A DNA stretch of 63,946 nt, filler included, from Octopus bimaculoides (GCF_001194135.2; 12 parts of 10 records of this genome joined end to end with filler, not necessarily neighbours in it); one strand, 5' to 3'; shown: positions 27,266 through 41,845, counted from the first letter of the whole stretch. Notes: generated by a model not told the origin, from the letters alone. Program-made: numbers and translations.

Positions 27266-27830
27266 TCAGGCTGAGTAAAAAGTAAGCAACGTTTTGAAAC
27301 ATGAAATTCATCACAATATGTTTCAACAATGCGGAAATTTTATTCATCAAAGTAAGTACCATTACAATCAACACATTTTTGCCAACGAGTTACAAGTTTG
27401 TTTATTCTGGTAACATAAAAACTCTTTCTGAAACTCTTTGAACGCGCTTTCAGCATCGGTTTGATTTTTTAACGCCTTCTCTCAAAGGAAACCACCAAGG
27501 TGCTTGAAAAAGGGGTAGTCGGTACGAGAAAGGTCTGGGGAATAAGCTGGGTGGGGAAGAACTTCGTAGCCAAGTTTCCTCAACTTGGCTACGATCTTCA
27601 AAGCTCAGGTCTCCACTGCGAAATCGTTTAAACCATTTTCGAGCCGACCACTCACTGGTCATTTCCTCACCAAACGTTTCGTTTCGTTGATATCGCGAGC
27701 AGTTTCAGCTGCTTTATGTCCGTTTTTGAAGTTGAATAGGAAAATTGCTGGAATATCAGGGTGAAAAAAGTATCAATGTTAATTTATTGATGCATTTGGG
27801 CAAGTCTATGTCTGTATTATCAGACAATTG
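27266..27830 (-). mobile_element. Internally deleted mariner element
   Basis: N-terminus IFLFNFKNGHKAAETARDINE..ARKWFKRFRSGDLSFEDR is fused to C-terminus EVLPHPAYSPDL..FFKHL..DAESAFKEF..INKLVTRWQKCVDCNGTYFDE* (stop at 27340). Confidence 0.85.
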
Positions 27831-27870
27831 CAAAACGAAATGTTTAACAAATTTCAAAGCTCTATAGAAG

Positions 27871-28130
27871 AAGGCTATAGTAGAAGACACTTGCACAAGG
27901 TGCCACTCGGTGGGACTGAACCTGCAGCCATGTGGTTGGGAAGCAAGTTTCTTATCACACAGCCACGCCTGGTATTCAGCTAGCAACGACGACGAGGAGT
28001 CTTCCAGTTGATCCAGTCAACGGAACAGCCTACTCGTGAAGTTAACGTGCAAGTGGCTGAGCACTCCACAGACACGCGTATCCTTCACGTGGTTCTCGGA
28101 GTAGATTCACCCTAACACAGAATGAGACAA
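27871..28130 (-). mobile_element. SINE family 1 head (27871-27970) and SINE family 2-like 3' part (27985-28130)
   Basis: aggctatagtagaagacacttg...cacacagcc; then gttgatccagtcaacggaacagcc...ctccacagacacg. Confidence 0.65.
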
Positions 28131-28289
28131 ATCCATTTTTCAACAACAAATACAACTCATTTTGGCCAACTTAGTGGACTGGAACAACGTGAAGTAAAGT
28201 GTTTTACTCAAAGATACAACGCGCCGTCGGAAATCGAACACATGACCTTACAATCGTGAGCCCATTACACTAAGCTGCGTGCCTTCACA

Positions 28290-28453
28290 TGTATATATAT
28301 ATACATATATACATACATAATGTATATGTCTATCTACGTATATATATGTTTATCTATATGTATATATAAATATATGTATGCATATATGTATGCATATGTG
28401 TATATATATATATATATGTGTATATATATATGTATATGTATATATGCATATTT

Positions 28454-28533
<80 letters not shown>

Positions 28534-28620
28534 TTTTACAAATATGTATACATATATATATACATATATAGAGATATATGTATATGTATATACATATATA
28601 TACATATCTATATACATATC
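28290..28620. repeat. Complex (TA)n microsatellite; many others, e.g. 24940-25060 (TG)n, 31770-32105 (GATA/GACA)n, 35330-35515 (TAGG)n
   Basis: Read directly. Confidence 0.95.
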
Positions 28621-28859
28621 TAGAAACAATAGAAATAATAGTGATCAAGGACATAGTTCATATAATATCAATATGCCAAATGTGGAAAGAATAAGTCCAA
28701 CTAATAGCACATCAAGATATGAATTAAATAATGATGGTAATAACCAATATATACCTAATAATAGAATTGAAGAATTGATAAATGATATTAGTGTAAATAA
28801 TTGTAGTAATAATAATAATAGAGATATTAGAAATAATATAGGTGGGGTTGGTAACCCCA

Positions 28860-28983
28860 TCATGTGCAACTGTAGAAAAAAGTCCCATTGTCCTTTATTT
28901 CGATTTTGTTGCACCCGTAACGTAGTGTACAGATGCATCATTAGTACTATAACAGAGAATTATATTTATATAGGATGTAGTAT
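28860..28983 (+). mobile_element. Penelope-like element, start of GIY-YIG endonuclease, truncated at contig end
   Basis: [26 protein letters not shown]...YIYIG fits the CNCR..CPL..C..VVY..YIG pattern. Confidence 0.7.
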
Positions 28984-29313
28984 NNNNNNNNNNNNNNNNN
29001 NNNNNNNNNNNNNNNNNNNNNNNNNNNTTAATTAATTAANNNNNNNNNNNNNNNNNNNNNNNNNNNNNNNNNNNNNNNNNNNNTCTCCATAAGCACATAT
29101 ACATGCATCCACATACTCACATACGCGTACACCTACATCATACATACATTTGTAGACTTTGGCAGACGCTTGTGTACAGCTGAAGCTGCAGCCTCTGCTG
29201 CTGGTGTTAATCTTGCTACTTTTCTCTTGTACAACTTGCAACGACAGGAAAAACAGTTCTAACGAACAAGACGTAACTACTCGAACACACATGCTCAACA
29301 ATCGTTCTTTCCT

Positions 29314-29559
29314 TCATCTCTTTCTTTTCTCCTTCCTCTCTTTTCGCTTCTTTCCATTTTCCTTCTTTTCCCTTTCTTCCTCTCTTTGCTCCAACATTCT
29401 AGAAACAAGACTAGTTTGCAAAAAATCCCCAAATTCTTCCAATTTTTTGGATGCTGATAAAACTGTCGTTGCAGTTGCTCCTGCTGCTGATTTTGGAGTT
29501 GCAGTTGGAGTAGATGCAACTGCTGGTGATGTTGATGCAGTTTGCTTGTAAAGATGAAA
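29314..29559 (-). CDS. Candidate terminal exon (FHLYKQTASTSPAVAST...LEEFGDFLQTSLVSRMLEQREEEREKKENGKKRKERKEKRKR*)
   Basis: aaatag acceptor, 81 open codons and TGA; Ser/Thr/Ala-rich then charged basic tail; not recognised. Confidence 0.3.
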   Translation of the reverse strand, partial: FHLYKQTASTSPAVASTPTATPKSAAGATATTVLSASKKLEEFGDFLQTSLVSRMLEQREEEREKKENGKKRKERKEKRKR

Positions 29560-30779
29560 CTATTTAAAATTTTGGAAGATTAAGAAATCATATGTCTGTA
29601 TGTATGATTAGATAGTAGTGGGGGAAAAACTGAAGGAATGACAAGACAAAGAAAGCAACAACGAAATACTATAAAGAGTTTTCTCCACAAAGACAAATTG
29701 ATACAAGAATAGATTATTTTATTTTATTTATTTACGTATATTCTTTAATTATATATTTTTATTTTTAATATAATTTTTGTTTCTTTATATAAAAAAAAAG
29801 CAAATTTTCATTTCATTTTCTAAATTAATGTATCTTCCCCCCTCCCCTCAACTGCTTTGTTACTCCCACTGCTGTCACATTGCATTATCGCTAATGTGGC
29901 TATGTCTCTCCCTCTCTCTATTTTTTTTTTTCGAAAGTGAATTAAACTGCATTTATATANNNNNNNNNNNNNNNNNNNNNNNNNNNNNNNNNNNNNNNNN
30001 NNNNNNNNNNNNNNNNNNNNNNNNNNNNNNNNNNNNNNNNNNNNNNNNNNNNNNNNNNNNNNNNNNNNNNNNNNNNNNNNNNNNNNNATATATATATATA
30101 TATAAGTGTGTGTGTGTGTATACATTTATTTATATGTGTGTAGAAATATATACGCATATTTTAGGTGTGTGCATATATGTATGTGTATGTATACAGGCAT
30201 GCATATATGCATGTATATATACTAATACATATACGCACGTGCGTCTGTGTATACATGAAGTACGAATGTAAATATATATCTATACTTTTATCTATTTACC
30301 TGTCACATGCTTCTCTGTGTAGATATTTTTCCATGTATGTATGTATGTATGTATGTATCCATCCATCCATCCATCCATCCATCCATCTGTCCGTCCGTCC
30401 GTCCATCCGTCCGTCCGTCTGTCTATGTATGTATGTATGTATGTATGTATGTATGTATCTATCTATCTATCTATCTATCTGTATGTATGTATATATGCAT
30501 GTATGTATATGTGTGTGCGTGCGTGCGCGCGCGTCTGTGCATAGTTCTCATTAGTATTCATATCTCCATGTTATCCTGCTGCCACACAAGTTAACCGAAT
30601 TTTACAACTGAGTTTCAATGTTCTAAACCTGAAATTCATAAAATATGTAGAAAACATTTAATTATGTAACAGACAACTATTCTTGACTTTCCAAATGTTA
30701 ACTCTGATTTAGTGCATCTCTGGCCACAAACATTCAAGACATGACCATCCCCTTTTAACGCTACATTGTATATAAGATT

Positions 30780-31130
30780 ATAAAAACGCTAAAGAGAACA
30801 TATAGGAGACCTCTGAGAGAAGGCACTGAGTATCGAATGGCAGTCCCATATACCAAAGCAGATTCTTTACGATAATCTTCCAAGATTTACCGTCACCATA
30901 AACGAAAGAAGACTGGGATTCTGTGGACACTGCTTTCGTAGCAAGGAAGAAGTATTAAGTTAAATGCTGACATGGGAACCAAAACACGGAAAACAACCTA
31001 GGTGTCGCCCTCCTACTTGGATATTTATTGACCAACTGGTTGAAGACTGTGGTCTACTAAAGAAAGACCTACAAGGAGCAGTGCTAAAGAAGGAATACTG
31101 GTTTGAAACAGCAGTTCCTAAAGAGGGCAG
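30780..31130 (+). mobile_element. RTE-clade LINE 3' ORF fragment
   Basis: ALSIEWQSHIPKQILYDNLPRFTVTINERRLGFCGHCFR..LTWEPKHGKQPRCRP..FIDQLVEDCGL. Confidence 0.75.
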
Positions 31131-31799
31131 CACTGCTCCACTGCGGGAAGTAGAAATATCGGAGGAACGTTGAGGAAAAGTGGAGCGATGATGGAGAGGC
31201 CAAAAAAGGGCGATAATGGGGTGACCAAAAAGGGATGATAATGGGGTGACCAAAAGAGGAGGATAATGGGGGGGGGGGNNNNNNNNNNNNNNNNNNNNNN
31301 NNNNNNNNNNNNNNNNNNNNNNTTAATTAATTAANNNNNNNNNNNNNNNNNNNNNNNNNNNNNNNNNNNNNNNNNNNNATACATATATATATATATATGT
31401 ATATATAGGCAGACACACGCATACATATATATAGATATAGATATACATATACATATCTACATAATATATGCATACATATATACATCAAGCATAGACACAT
31501 GTACGCATAGATATATAGATAGCTGCAGATGTCTCTAAATGCATATACATACATACATACATACATACATACATACATACATACATACATACATACATAC
31601 ATACACACAACTAGATATATACTTACTAATGAGCAACTTCAGAATACACAGAGGCAGAAATCACTCCAGCCTGGCCTGGACTGTTGGAGACTAAAGGAGA
31701 GAAAATAGAGAGAAACCGCCCCAGGCAACTTACCTTAAACTAGCTATTATTTCGCTCTGCCTTTGAGGCATAGATAGATAGACAGAGAGATAGATAGAC

Positions 31800-31878
<79 letters not shown>

Positions 31879-31974
31879 GATAGACAGAGAGATAGATAGA
31901 CAGAGAGATAGATAGACAGATAGACAGAGACATAGATAGACAGAGACATAAATAGGCAGATAGACAGAGACATT

Positions 31975-32046
<72 letters not shown>

Positions 32047-32071
32047 TGTAGACAGACAGACAGACAGAGAC

Positions 32072-32105
<34 letters not shown>

Positions 32106-32754
32106 NNNNNNNNNNNNNNNNNNNNNNNNNNNNNNNNNNNNNNNNNNNNNNNNNNNNNNNNNNNNNNNNNNNNNNNNNNNNNNNNNNNNNNNNNNNNNNN
32201 NNNNNNNNNNNNNNNNNNNNNNNNNNNNNNNNNNNNNNNNNNNNNNNNNNNNNNNNNNNNNNNNNNNNNNNNNNNNNNNNNNNNNNNNNNNNNNNNNNNN
32301 NNNNNNNNNNNNNNNNNNNNNNNNNNNNNNNNNNNNNNNNNNNNNNNNNNNNNNNNNNNNNNNNNNNNNNNNNNNNNNNNNNNNNNNNNNNNNNNNNNNN
32401 NNNNNNNNNNNNNNNNNNNNNNNNNNNNNNNNNNNNNNNNNNNNNNNNNNNNNNNNNNNNNNNNNNNNNNNNNNNNNNNNNNNNNNNNNNNNNNNNNNNN
32501 NNNNNNNNNNNNNNNNNNNNNNNNNNNNNNNNNNNNNNNNNNNNNNNNNNNNNNNNNNNNNNNNNNNNNNNNNNNNNNNNNNNNNNNNNNNNNNNNNNNN
32601 NNNNNNNNNNNNNNNNNNNNNNNNNNNNNNNNNNNNNNNNNNNNNNNNNNNNNNNNNNNNNNNNNNNNNNNNNNNNNNNNNNNNNNNNNNNNNNNNNNNN
32701 NNNNNNNNNNNNNNNNNNATATATATATATATATATATATAAAGCAGTTGTTTA

Positions 32755-32945
32755 CTGTCGACTTAATGTGACAGACCCATTAAGGGAATCATACTGCTGC
32801 CATTTAGCCCTAGGAAGCTAGACCGCTTCCTGTTGGCCTTGACACATTTCCTGTGTCCTTATATTTGTGAAGGGGAGACGAGCTTCCCCACCCAGCTTTA
32901 GTCTGCATTCAGGGACATGTTTCTTAGTCAATGCTCGTCATCAGC
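32755..32945 (+). mobile_element. Dispersed repeat homologous to the start of the MRCK intron 3 minisatellite
   Basis: atttagccctaggaagctagaccgcttcctgtt...cacatttcctgtgtccttatattt...aagggg aligns with 1933-2020. Confidence 0.7.
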
Positions 32946-32947
32946 CT

Positions 32948-33005
<58 letters not shown>

Positions 33006-33680
33006 GAGTTCTCCAAAATGGTGAGTGTTGTCGAAATTTGCAATGCAACCTCATCAGCAACGACGTCAAGTTGTAGAGAACAATGAAACGGCAAGAAAAT
33101 ACAAAAGTAAACATCGTGGAGACAACAATGACAACAACATCATGGATGACAGCAACAGCAACAACAACATCCAGAAACTCCAACGTCAACACGAAGAACA
33201 AGAATAGGAAGCCGGAAATAACCCTGTTAGCAAGTTGTATTCCCCTTAAATACGAAAGACCCCGTAGTCGAGATCAGATAATCTGGCTGGGATTTCACCT
33301 TCAGATATACATATGTACATACAATCATACAATCACACACACATACACACAATTATGTATGTACGTAGGTATGTATGTATATGTACACATATGCATTTTG
33401 ACATTCACCTACACACACAATTACATATATATATATATATCTGCGTGTGTAAACACACACATTTAACACGCATGCGATTATATGGAAGCACACGTGCACA
33501 CACGTATATGTGAGGGGGGTTTTTGTTACTTTTTCTTCCTTCGTTCGAAAATAATGACAAGAATAGAAACGCAATGGAAGAAGGCGAAGACGAATACACA
33601 AATACACACACGCACACACACATACGCACATACACACACATACGCACACACACACACATACGCACACACACACACATACG

Positions 33681-33714
<34 letters not shown>

Positions 33715-34913
33715 NNNNNNNNNNNNNNNNNNNNNNNNNNNNNNNNNNNNNNNNNNNNNNNNNNNNNNNNNNNNNNNNNNNNNNNNNNNNNNNNNNNNNN
33801 NNNNNNNNNNNNNNNNNNNNNNNNNNNNNNNNNNNNNNNNNNNNNNNNNNNNNNNNNNNNNNNNNNNNNNNNNNNNNNNNNNNNNNNNNNNNNNNNNNNN
33901 NNNNNNNNNNNNNNNNNNNNNNNNNNNNNNNNNNNNNNNNNNNNNNNNNNNNNNNNNNNNNNNNNNNNNNNNNNNNNNNNNNNNNNNNNNNNNNNNNNNN
34001 NNNNNNNNNNNNNNNNNNNNNNNNNNNNNNNNNNNNNNNNNNNNNNNNNNNNNNNNNNNNNNNNNNNNNNNNNNNNNNNNNNNNNNNNNNNNNNNNNNNN
34101 NNNNNNNNNNNNNNNNNNNNNNNNNNNNNNNNNNNNATATATATATATATATATATACAAGTAAAAGAATGCTCAGTGTATAAAAGAATAGCAAGAAAAA
34201 TCAGTGAATGACAGAATATAATGGCGGAAGAACAATTGAAAGTTTGCATTCAGTGTCTATAATTTGGTGATTGTTCATATTTCTGAGTTGATGCTTCAAA
34301 GGTGAACATTTTCCATTGAGATATTAGGGTAAGTGGAGTAAAGGTGGTGGTGGGGTGTGTGACAATATGTATTTAGATGTACATATGAATATGAATATGT
34401 ATGTGCTTGTCTTTGTGTCTGCGGATGTGTACACACAGGCTAACACACGCACACATATGTACGAGTATATATATGTATGACGTATATAAGTGAGTGTGTT
34501 TGTGCGTGTATGAAAGTGTGTGTTTATATGTGTGGGGATCATGCGTTTACGTAAGGTTATATGCGTATATGAGTGTTGGTTGATCAGGTGTTTGCATGTG
34601 TGTAAAAATAATGAATATATGTTTGGAAGCATGTATGTTGTAGTTGAGCGATGTGTATACGTGTGTATGAATGCGTGTGTTTTGTGCATTGTGTGTATGG
34701 GTGAATGTGTATGTGTATGCATGTGTTAATGCGTGTGTGGATGGGTGTAAAGGCGTGCGCATGTATGTATTTATTCGGTGATATTGTTTGAGTATGTGTT
34801 ATCCTTAGCGTCATTTGTATGCTTGAGAATATACGCAAGTGTGCAAAATCATTCCTGGCTATATATGGACTATGTCTTTGTGGCTTGTGTATTAAATATG
34901 TATTTGTGCGTTC

Positions 34914-34962
<49 letters not shown>

Positions 34963-37900
34963 TACATGCATGCATACATGTTTGTTCATAATAGAGTTAC
35001 TATGTATTGTAGCGCATAATTGAAGAAATCAAAGAACGTATACGCTATGTATGTGGACGCATGTGTCCGTCTTATATGCGCGTGTGTTTCAGTGTGGACG
35101 CATGCGTATCTCTGTAGTTGTATTCGGTTCTTTGACTGAGTTGGTACAATAGCACAGCAACCAAAATACGATTTAAAACAAAAGAGTTATATGTTTACCT
35201 TGTTACGTCTGTACGACTTCATCATATCGTCATGCGGATGTTTCTGGACATCAATTCTATGTGTAAGTATGTATATATCTCCATGTATGTCTGTACGCAT
35301 GTATGTTTGCATGCATGTAGATAGGTATGTATGTATGTATGTATGTATGTATGTAGGTAGGTAGGTAGGTAGGTAGGTAGGTAGGCAGGCAGGCAGGTAG
35401 ATAGGTAGGTAGGTTGGTTGGTAGGCAGGCAGGCATGTAGGTAGTTAGGTAGGTAGGTAGGTAGATAGGTAGGTAGGTAGGTAGGTAGGTAGGTAGGTAG
35501 GTAGGTAGGTAGGTGTTGTATATCTTGTGTACCTGTGTATACCGGAATGTATGAGGGTCGGTAGGTTGGTAACAACAGCATACTGGAGCCACTTCATATG
35601 TTTCTATTAGTGGTCCTCAATAGGATCATAATGGTAACCAGAGGTGACAAAGAACCATGAAGGACCTATGAGAAAATTTATATGAAAGAGGTGGGGGCTA
35701 AGAGCTTCAAAGTGTCGGTGGAGAGTGTTAAGGACCAAGAAGCTGTGAAAAAAATCTTTGAACAGCGGTTGCGAATGTTGTAGGGGTATGTTATGAAATC
35801 ATTAGTTTCACTTCTTGTCCAGGGACCTGTATTGCTTCCTTGAAATTTTGGCAGCCATCGTTTGCGATAAAAGTGGTCAATCGGCGTAAACTTGTTCGCT
35901 GGACAACTGAAGCTGACATCTGAGTCGAACAGAACCATTTAATTCTCAGCAATTGATTCTAGTCACAAGAATCTTTTCACCTGAAATGCAAAAACAATTA
36001 TGCTCACAAGTTCATCCAGAAAGCATTTCAAGGAAAACGTCTTTCCGACAACAATAGCAGCAACAACAACAATTGAAAAATGTGTTTGATCACATCAATT
36101 TGACGGCAGATCATTTCGATATAAGCATGGTGTGGACGTGTTGGAAATCTACATTGATTTTCGTTAGTTGTACATCAGAAATTTGTAATATTTGGTTCCA
36201 ACTTTGATAAAAGAAGTAAGTCTCAAACGGTACACTACTTCCATTCACTTTCTATTTTTGGTCAATATTTGGGTTACTCCGGTAAACATTTTCTCAATAT
36301 TTTGCATGATTAAAAACAATAAAATAATTTGGCTTCATTCCACAATAAAAGACGTTTCACACAGCATTATAACCACATTTTACACAAGCCTTCATTTACG
36401 AAAATCATTTTTACTTCCTTCCAACACAATGATGAACTCCTGCAATTAATTCTTCGTTCTATTTTGCACACAAATGAGTTCCAGTCGAAGGGCACCATGG
36501 TGTGTCACGGTGAAAGCTGGCAGCCTCCATTTGTAGTGAAACTGGCCAAGCGTAAACTTATATGCTCGAATACTAAAAGAAGGACCTTGGAGCTGAACAG
36601 AACGATTTGATTGTCAGCGATAGTTTCTAATTACAAGGGAATAAGGAAGTATAAGGATCTTGCTCTAGAGCTTTCTTCTATCCCAAATAGCTCCAGTTGG
36701 ATCAGGGAGATGCCTTGAGGAAGCATCCCTAGAGAAAGTGCGAAAATATCGGCAGCTCATACAATTGCTATTGCAGGAGTTTTAAAGAATACATTTCACA
36801 AAATAAGGATATTTGATAGACACCCAACATAAGTGTGGGAGCAAAATTTGCCCAGATCCAACCCAGGATACTCAAAGTGTTTTCATTGCCCTCCAAATAT
36901 TTGGGCACACTACCTGTGCCCAAACCTATGCATCGAGATATAGTATTTCATTGATAATAGTTAAGAACAGGTACAACACTAATAATACCCACAGTTTCTT
37001 AAGTTCTTCCCAAGGTCGTTAAAATAGATACAGATATTTTAAAATCTGATCCTATATCTGGTTGGAAAGATGAAAGAGAGAAGGATATTGAAGATTTGCT
37101 GTAACTGGAACTCCAAAAGACTGGTCTAAGTACACAATTCGATAAATCAGCTGAAAGTGACAACGAAGAACGTGTATGCATTTTACTAAAAGAAAGGAAA
37201 AGCCATAAAGAAATCCTTTTCAGTAAATCGTTAATACAAAGAGACAAACAACGTTTCAAGTATTAACACCTTACTTTGAAATTAACGATATCCGTTTTAG
37301 GAAAAATGATATGGAGTGCATCTGAGGGTGAACCAGCTCTGACAAGTCACAAAGCTGATCTCAAGGCAAATATAGAAAAAGAAGAAAAAGAAGAAACAGC
37401 TAATCTATTCGCAATTCACTGTTAACACAGTCCATAAAAGCATAGGGAGCAGATGTTTTCCAGCCCAACTCTAGTAAATTTTGCCGATAACAAAATCAAA
37501 GCGAAGGCCTTAAACATGAGGCTGTGATGTGAACCGAACAGTGAAAATTTCTAAAGATTTCTTCTCTGCTAGAGTCCATTCCTGTCAAAAAGATGTTATT
37601 TGAAACGATTCTTCTAGCTTTACGACACCATTGTTGCACTTTTACTTATAAATCATGACGATTAGCTTACCCAATGGCGTTGACTTTGTTCGTAGTGTCC
37701 AGGCTAATTAGCTCGTATTTACGACAAGATGGATAACTTTGCTACTGCGAAGGGAATAGTTTTAATTCACAGAAATACTGTGGTCGACAACTTTACAAGT
37801 GAAAGCAAATTGCAAATACTGAAACATGGCAGAAGAGGGGTTTCGGCGGTTCCTATGAATGAAAGGCATCTTATAAATACTTACAGACTGGAGTATGAGG

Positions 37901-39235
37901 ATTAGTGAAACGAAATTGCAAAATGATTTTCAGACAAGATTTACTGGCTTGGTTGAACTAACAGTTCTTGTCGAGGTGGGAATAAATTCACACATTCGCG
38001 TGCAAATAAATAGATAGATAAATGAATAAACAAACAAATAAATAAACATGTTATATTAGAGGTGACCATCATTGAGATACAAAATTACGAAGAAATATGG
38101 ATAAGTTTTTGCAAGTCAAGGTTTGTAAATTTCGGAGCCGTGTTTGTCCGTCAAGTGACCATGTGTTGACACCAAAGCGATTACAGCGTGGTGGAAGATT
38201 CATTTTTGCCATTGAAAATCTCTAGGAAACTGTTGACTTCATTTAACCAGGTCACAGATAATGTGATGAAACTTTTGACACCAGATAATTTGTGATTGTA
38301 CGAAGTTAACAGTTTGTGTGTGATTTTGAATGGCTAAAAGGTTTGTAAAATGTCAGCTATTATGCAGTACAAAATATATTTTATTGTAGAATAACGTCAA
38401 CTTAATTATTATTGGCTTTTCTTTCATCCTATCAGATAGGAAAAAGTTTTAACACGGTGACCTAAATTTTGAAAAAAGAAACGATGTGAAGTACTGAAAC
38501 TTCGGAACCAAGCAAGGCCAAACTTAACATTAACACCGTAGGTTACTCTCTCCTGCTGTTTAAATTATGCTTATATAAATCTATACTAAAATGAAGTAAC
38601 TTATTGATTATTTCTGAGTATGTAAGTTTTACTTACAGAAGGCAATTCTCAAAGTCTACACTATCTAGAAAATTCTTAGAAATTTCAATTATTTATACAC
38701 ATTTGTTTTTATCAAAATGTGGTTTTTTATTTCTTTTTAACGTCTTTGTTAATACTCTGACATATTTACAGAAGTCTACTCCACTGAATTTGTTTCTTCA
38801 GAACTTTCTGAAAAATGGTTGCTTTTAAGGAAATTTCCTACAAATATGTTTCAGAGGAAGCAGGTGACTATTATATTGAAATTTATTACGAATCAACGTT
38901 TTCGCAGGGGGTGGGGAGAGGAATAGCTGATAATCGACAAATCCTCGAAATTGCTTCCTTTCAGAAAGATGAGTATTTTTTAATGCAATCTTCCACAAAT
39001 ACTTTTCAGATGGTAGTCATTACGATTTTTGTAGAAATTAGTATTTAAAATAATTAGGAAAGTAGATATTTCACGAAACTCGCCTTTGTTTCCTCATGTT
39101 TTCATGATGTAGATGAGAAAAATACGTTAGGAAAAAAAATCCCTTTTTTTCTCAAAGGCATTGCAATCTTTTTTCAAAGACTGACACTGAATCAAGAGAT
39201 TTTTTTAATACTTCAGATGCGTACGTATATATATA

Positions 39236-39276
<41 letters not shown>

Positions 39277-39325
39277 ATGGATCAAAACAGTTTCATTCAA
39301 ATTCGTTGGTACATACATATATATC

Positions 39326-39358
<33 letters not shown>

Positions 39359-40469
39359 GTATGTATATGTCATAGTGGTTAAGGTGTTGCACGCACGATT
39401 GCGAGATCGTGGGGTCGATTCCCAGACCGGGCGTTGTGTTGTGTTCTTGAGCAAAGCACTTTATTTCATGTTGCTCTGCAATCATTTTGACATTTGACAT
39501 GTCGCACCCGTTGCACCTGTACAGGTAATGTCAGGAGAGTCCATCATGCATGTGTGTGTGGTGCGCACGCGTTTGTATGTATGTATATACACACATACAT
39601 ATACAAATATATATATGTATGTATGTATATATACATGTATCTGTGTGTACCTCTCTCTGCCTGTGTGTATGTGTATATTCATGTATTAAAAACCAAAATG
39701 TGAAAATGCTTTGAAAACTTTCTCATCGATAAAAGAAAATATTTATATTTTTATCAAAATATCCTACGTGTTCTAATCGTTTTCAAACAAAATTTTGTCA
39801 TGCCGAAGCAGAAAAAAGATAATCAGACATAAATTAATTTAATTAATCTATAATGATATTACAAAAATCACACGGTGTTACTTCTTCGTTTCCTCCTCAA
39901 AAGAAAGTGCAGAAATAAAGAGCAAACTGTCATTTATNNNNNNNNNNAACGCGTAGATGTGTACAGGACATATCCAAATCCCATAGAAAGTAATTACGAT
40001 CAAGACATCCTTTCGCACAACTTTATATGATTTATATCGCACCGCATATAATATATTATATTATATCATATTATATTATATTATATTATATTATGGTATG
40101 GTGCGCGGAACGCCATTTACCTAGCTTACGAATACAGTTGAGTACGGTGTACGTCTGCAGTCGTACAATATGGTCAGTTTATTAATGGTTCAAATCACAT
40201 GATGGTTCCTCTTTCACCTGAAGATTGAAACAATTAGCTCTTGAGCTGGTCGTAATATTTTCGTGAACATAGTTTGCGGATACGAAATTGAGGTGATGAC
40301 CCTGACGTTGTTGTTGTAGTTGTTGTTGTTGTTGTTAAGAAGTCAGGGACTAGATAAGTGTTTTAGCAAGATAATTATGATTTAATATGATTGTACAAAA
40401 TGCGTGTGTGTACGCTATGCTCACAATTATATTCAAACGTATATACATGCACATATACACTTACGTATA

Positions 40470-40530
<61 letters not shown>

Positions 40531-41599
40531 NNNNNNNNNNNNNNNNNNNNNNNNNNNNNNNNNNNNNNNNNNNNNNNNNNNNNNNNNNNNNNNNNNNNNN
40601 NNNNNNNNNNNNNNNNNNNNNNNNNNNNNNNNNNNNNNNNNNNNNNNNNNNNNNNNNNNNNNNNNNNNNNNNNNNNNNNNNNNNNNNNNNNNNNNNNNNN
40701 NNNNNNNNNNNNNNNNNNNNNNNNNNNNNNNNNNNNNNNNNNNNNNNNNNNNNNNNNNNNNNNNNNNNNNNNNNNNNNNNNNNNNNNNNNNNNNNNNNNN
40801 NNNNNNNNNNNNNNNNNNNNNNNNNNNNNNNNNNNNNNNNNNNNNNNNNNNNNNNNNNNNNNNNNNNNNNNNNNNNNNNNNNNNNNNNNNNNNNNNNNNN
40901 NNNNNNNNNNNNNNNNNNNNNNNNNNNNNNNNNNNNNNNNNNNNNNNNNNNNNNNNNNNNNNNNNNNNNNNNNNNNNNNNNNNNNNNNNNNNNNNNNNNN
41001 NNNNNNNNNNNNNNNNNNNNNNNNNNNNNNNNNNNNNNNNNNNNNNNNNNNNNNNNNNNNNNNNNNNNNNNNNNNNNNNNNNNNNNNNNNNNNNNNNNNN
41101 NNNNNNNNNNNNNNNNNNNNNNNNNNNNNNNNNNNNNNNNNNNNNNNNNNNNNNNNNNNNNNNNNNNNNNNNNNNNNNNNNNNNNNNNNNNNNNNNNNNN
41201 NNNNNNNNNNNNNNNNNNNNNGGGGAAAAGTAAAAAGAATAAAGAGAAAATGCACATTAGATATAAAAAATAAAGGCGTTTTTATGAACAGTAACGATAT
41301 ATATATACAATTAGATGAACTGAGATAGAATTAAGGGGTATAAAAGTCATTATTATGAATTGTTAAAGAGACACAGAGTCATATCGGTACCGTCAAAAGC
41401 TGTTCACTGACTTTGAATAAGCACCGACTTCCAAACGGTGTCGAGTCAAATAGTCCCTGAGTGAAAACATTACATGCAAGGGAGGTAAGCAGTTCTGGGA
41501 GTGGTGCAATTAGGGTAGATTTAAATACTGTAATATGAATGGTGTATGGGATGTATGGAAATTAGTGGTACTATTGGTAAAGTTAGTTGTGCCCTGTAT

Positions 41600-41845
41600 T
41601 ATGCTGTGTGTTCATGTTGAGTTGCGGATGATATTTATTAATGAAAGTTGCCTCTTTATTAATCCTTTGCTGTACTGAGGTGTTCTGTGAACATTGATAG
41701 AAAGGGAAAATTAGGAAGTTCGGTTTAAGGTTCCGGCACATCTTTCTATGTGTTCACTGATCTGTATCTGTCTGTATTGTGGATGGCAGATTTGTTCTTT
41801 GTGAAGAGTTGTTCTTCGACGGAGTGACATTCCTGTTTGGCCTAT
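41600..41845 (-). mobile_element. Penelope-like GIY-YIG endonuclease relic
   Basis: IGQTGMSLRRRTTLHKEQI..RQIQISEHIERCA; after a frameshift, FLIFPFYQC..RINKEATFINKYHPQLN. Confidence 0.75.

Noticed and set aside
35560-35985. Apparent minus-strand exon with good acceptor and donor
   Set aside because: All three frames contain stops between the splice-like sites.
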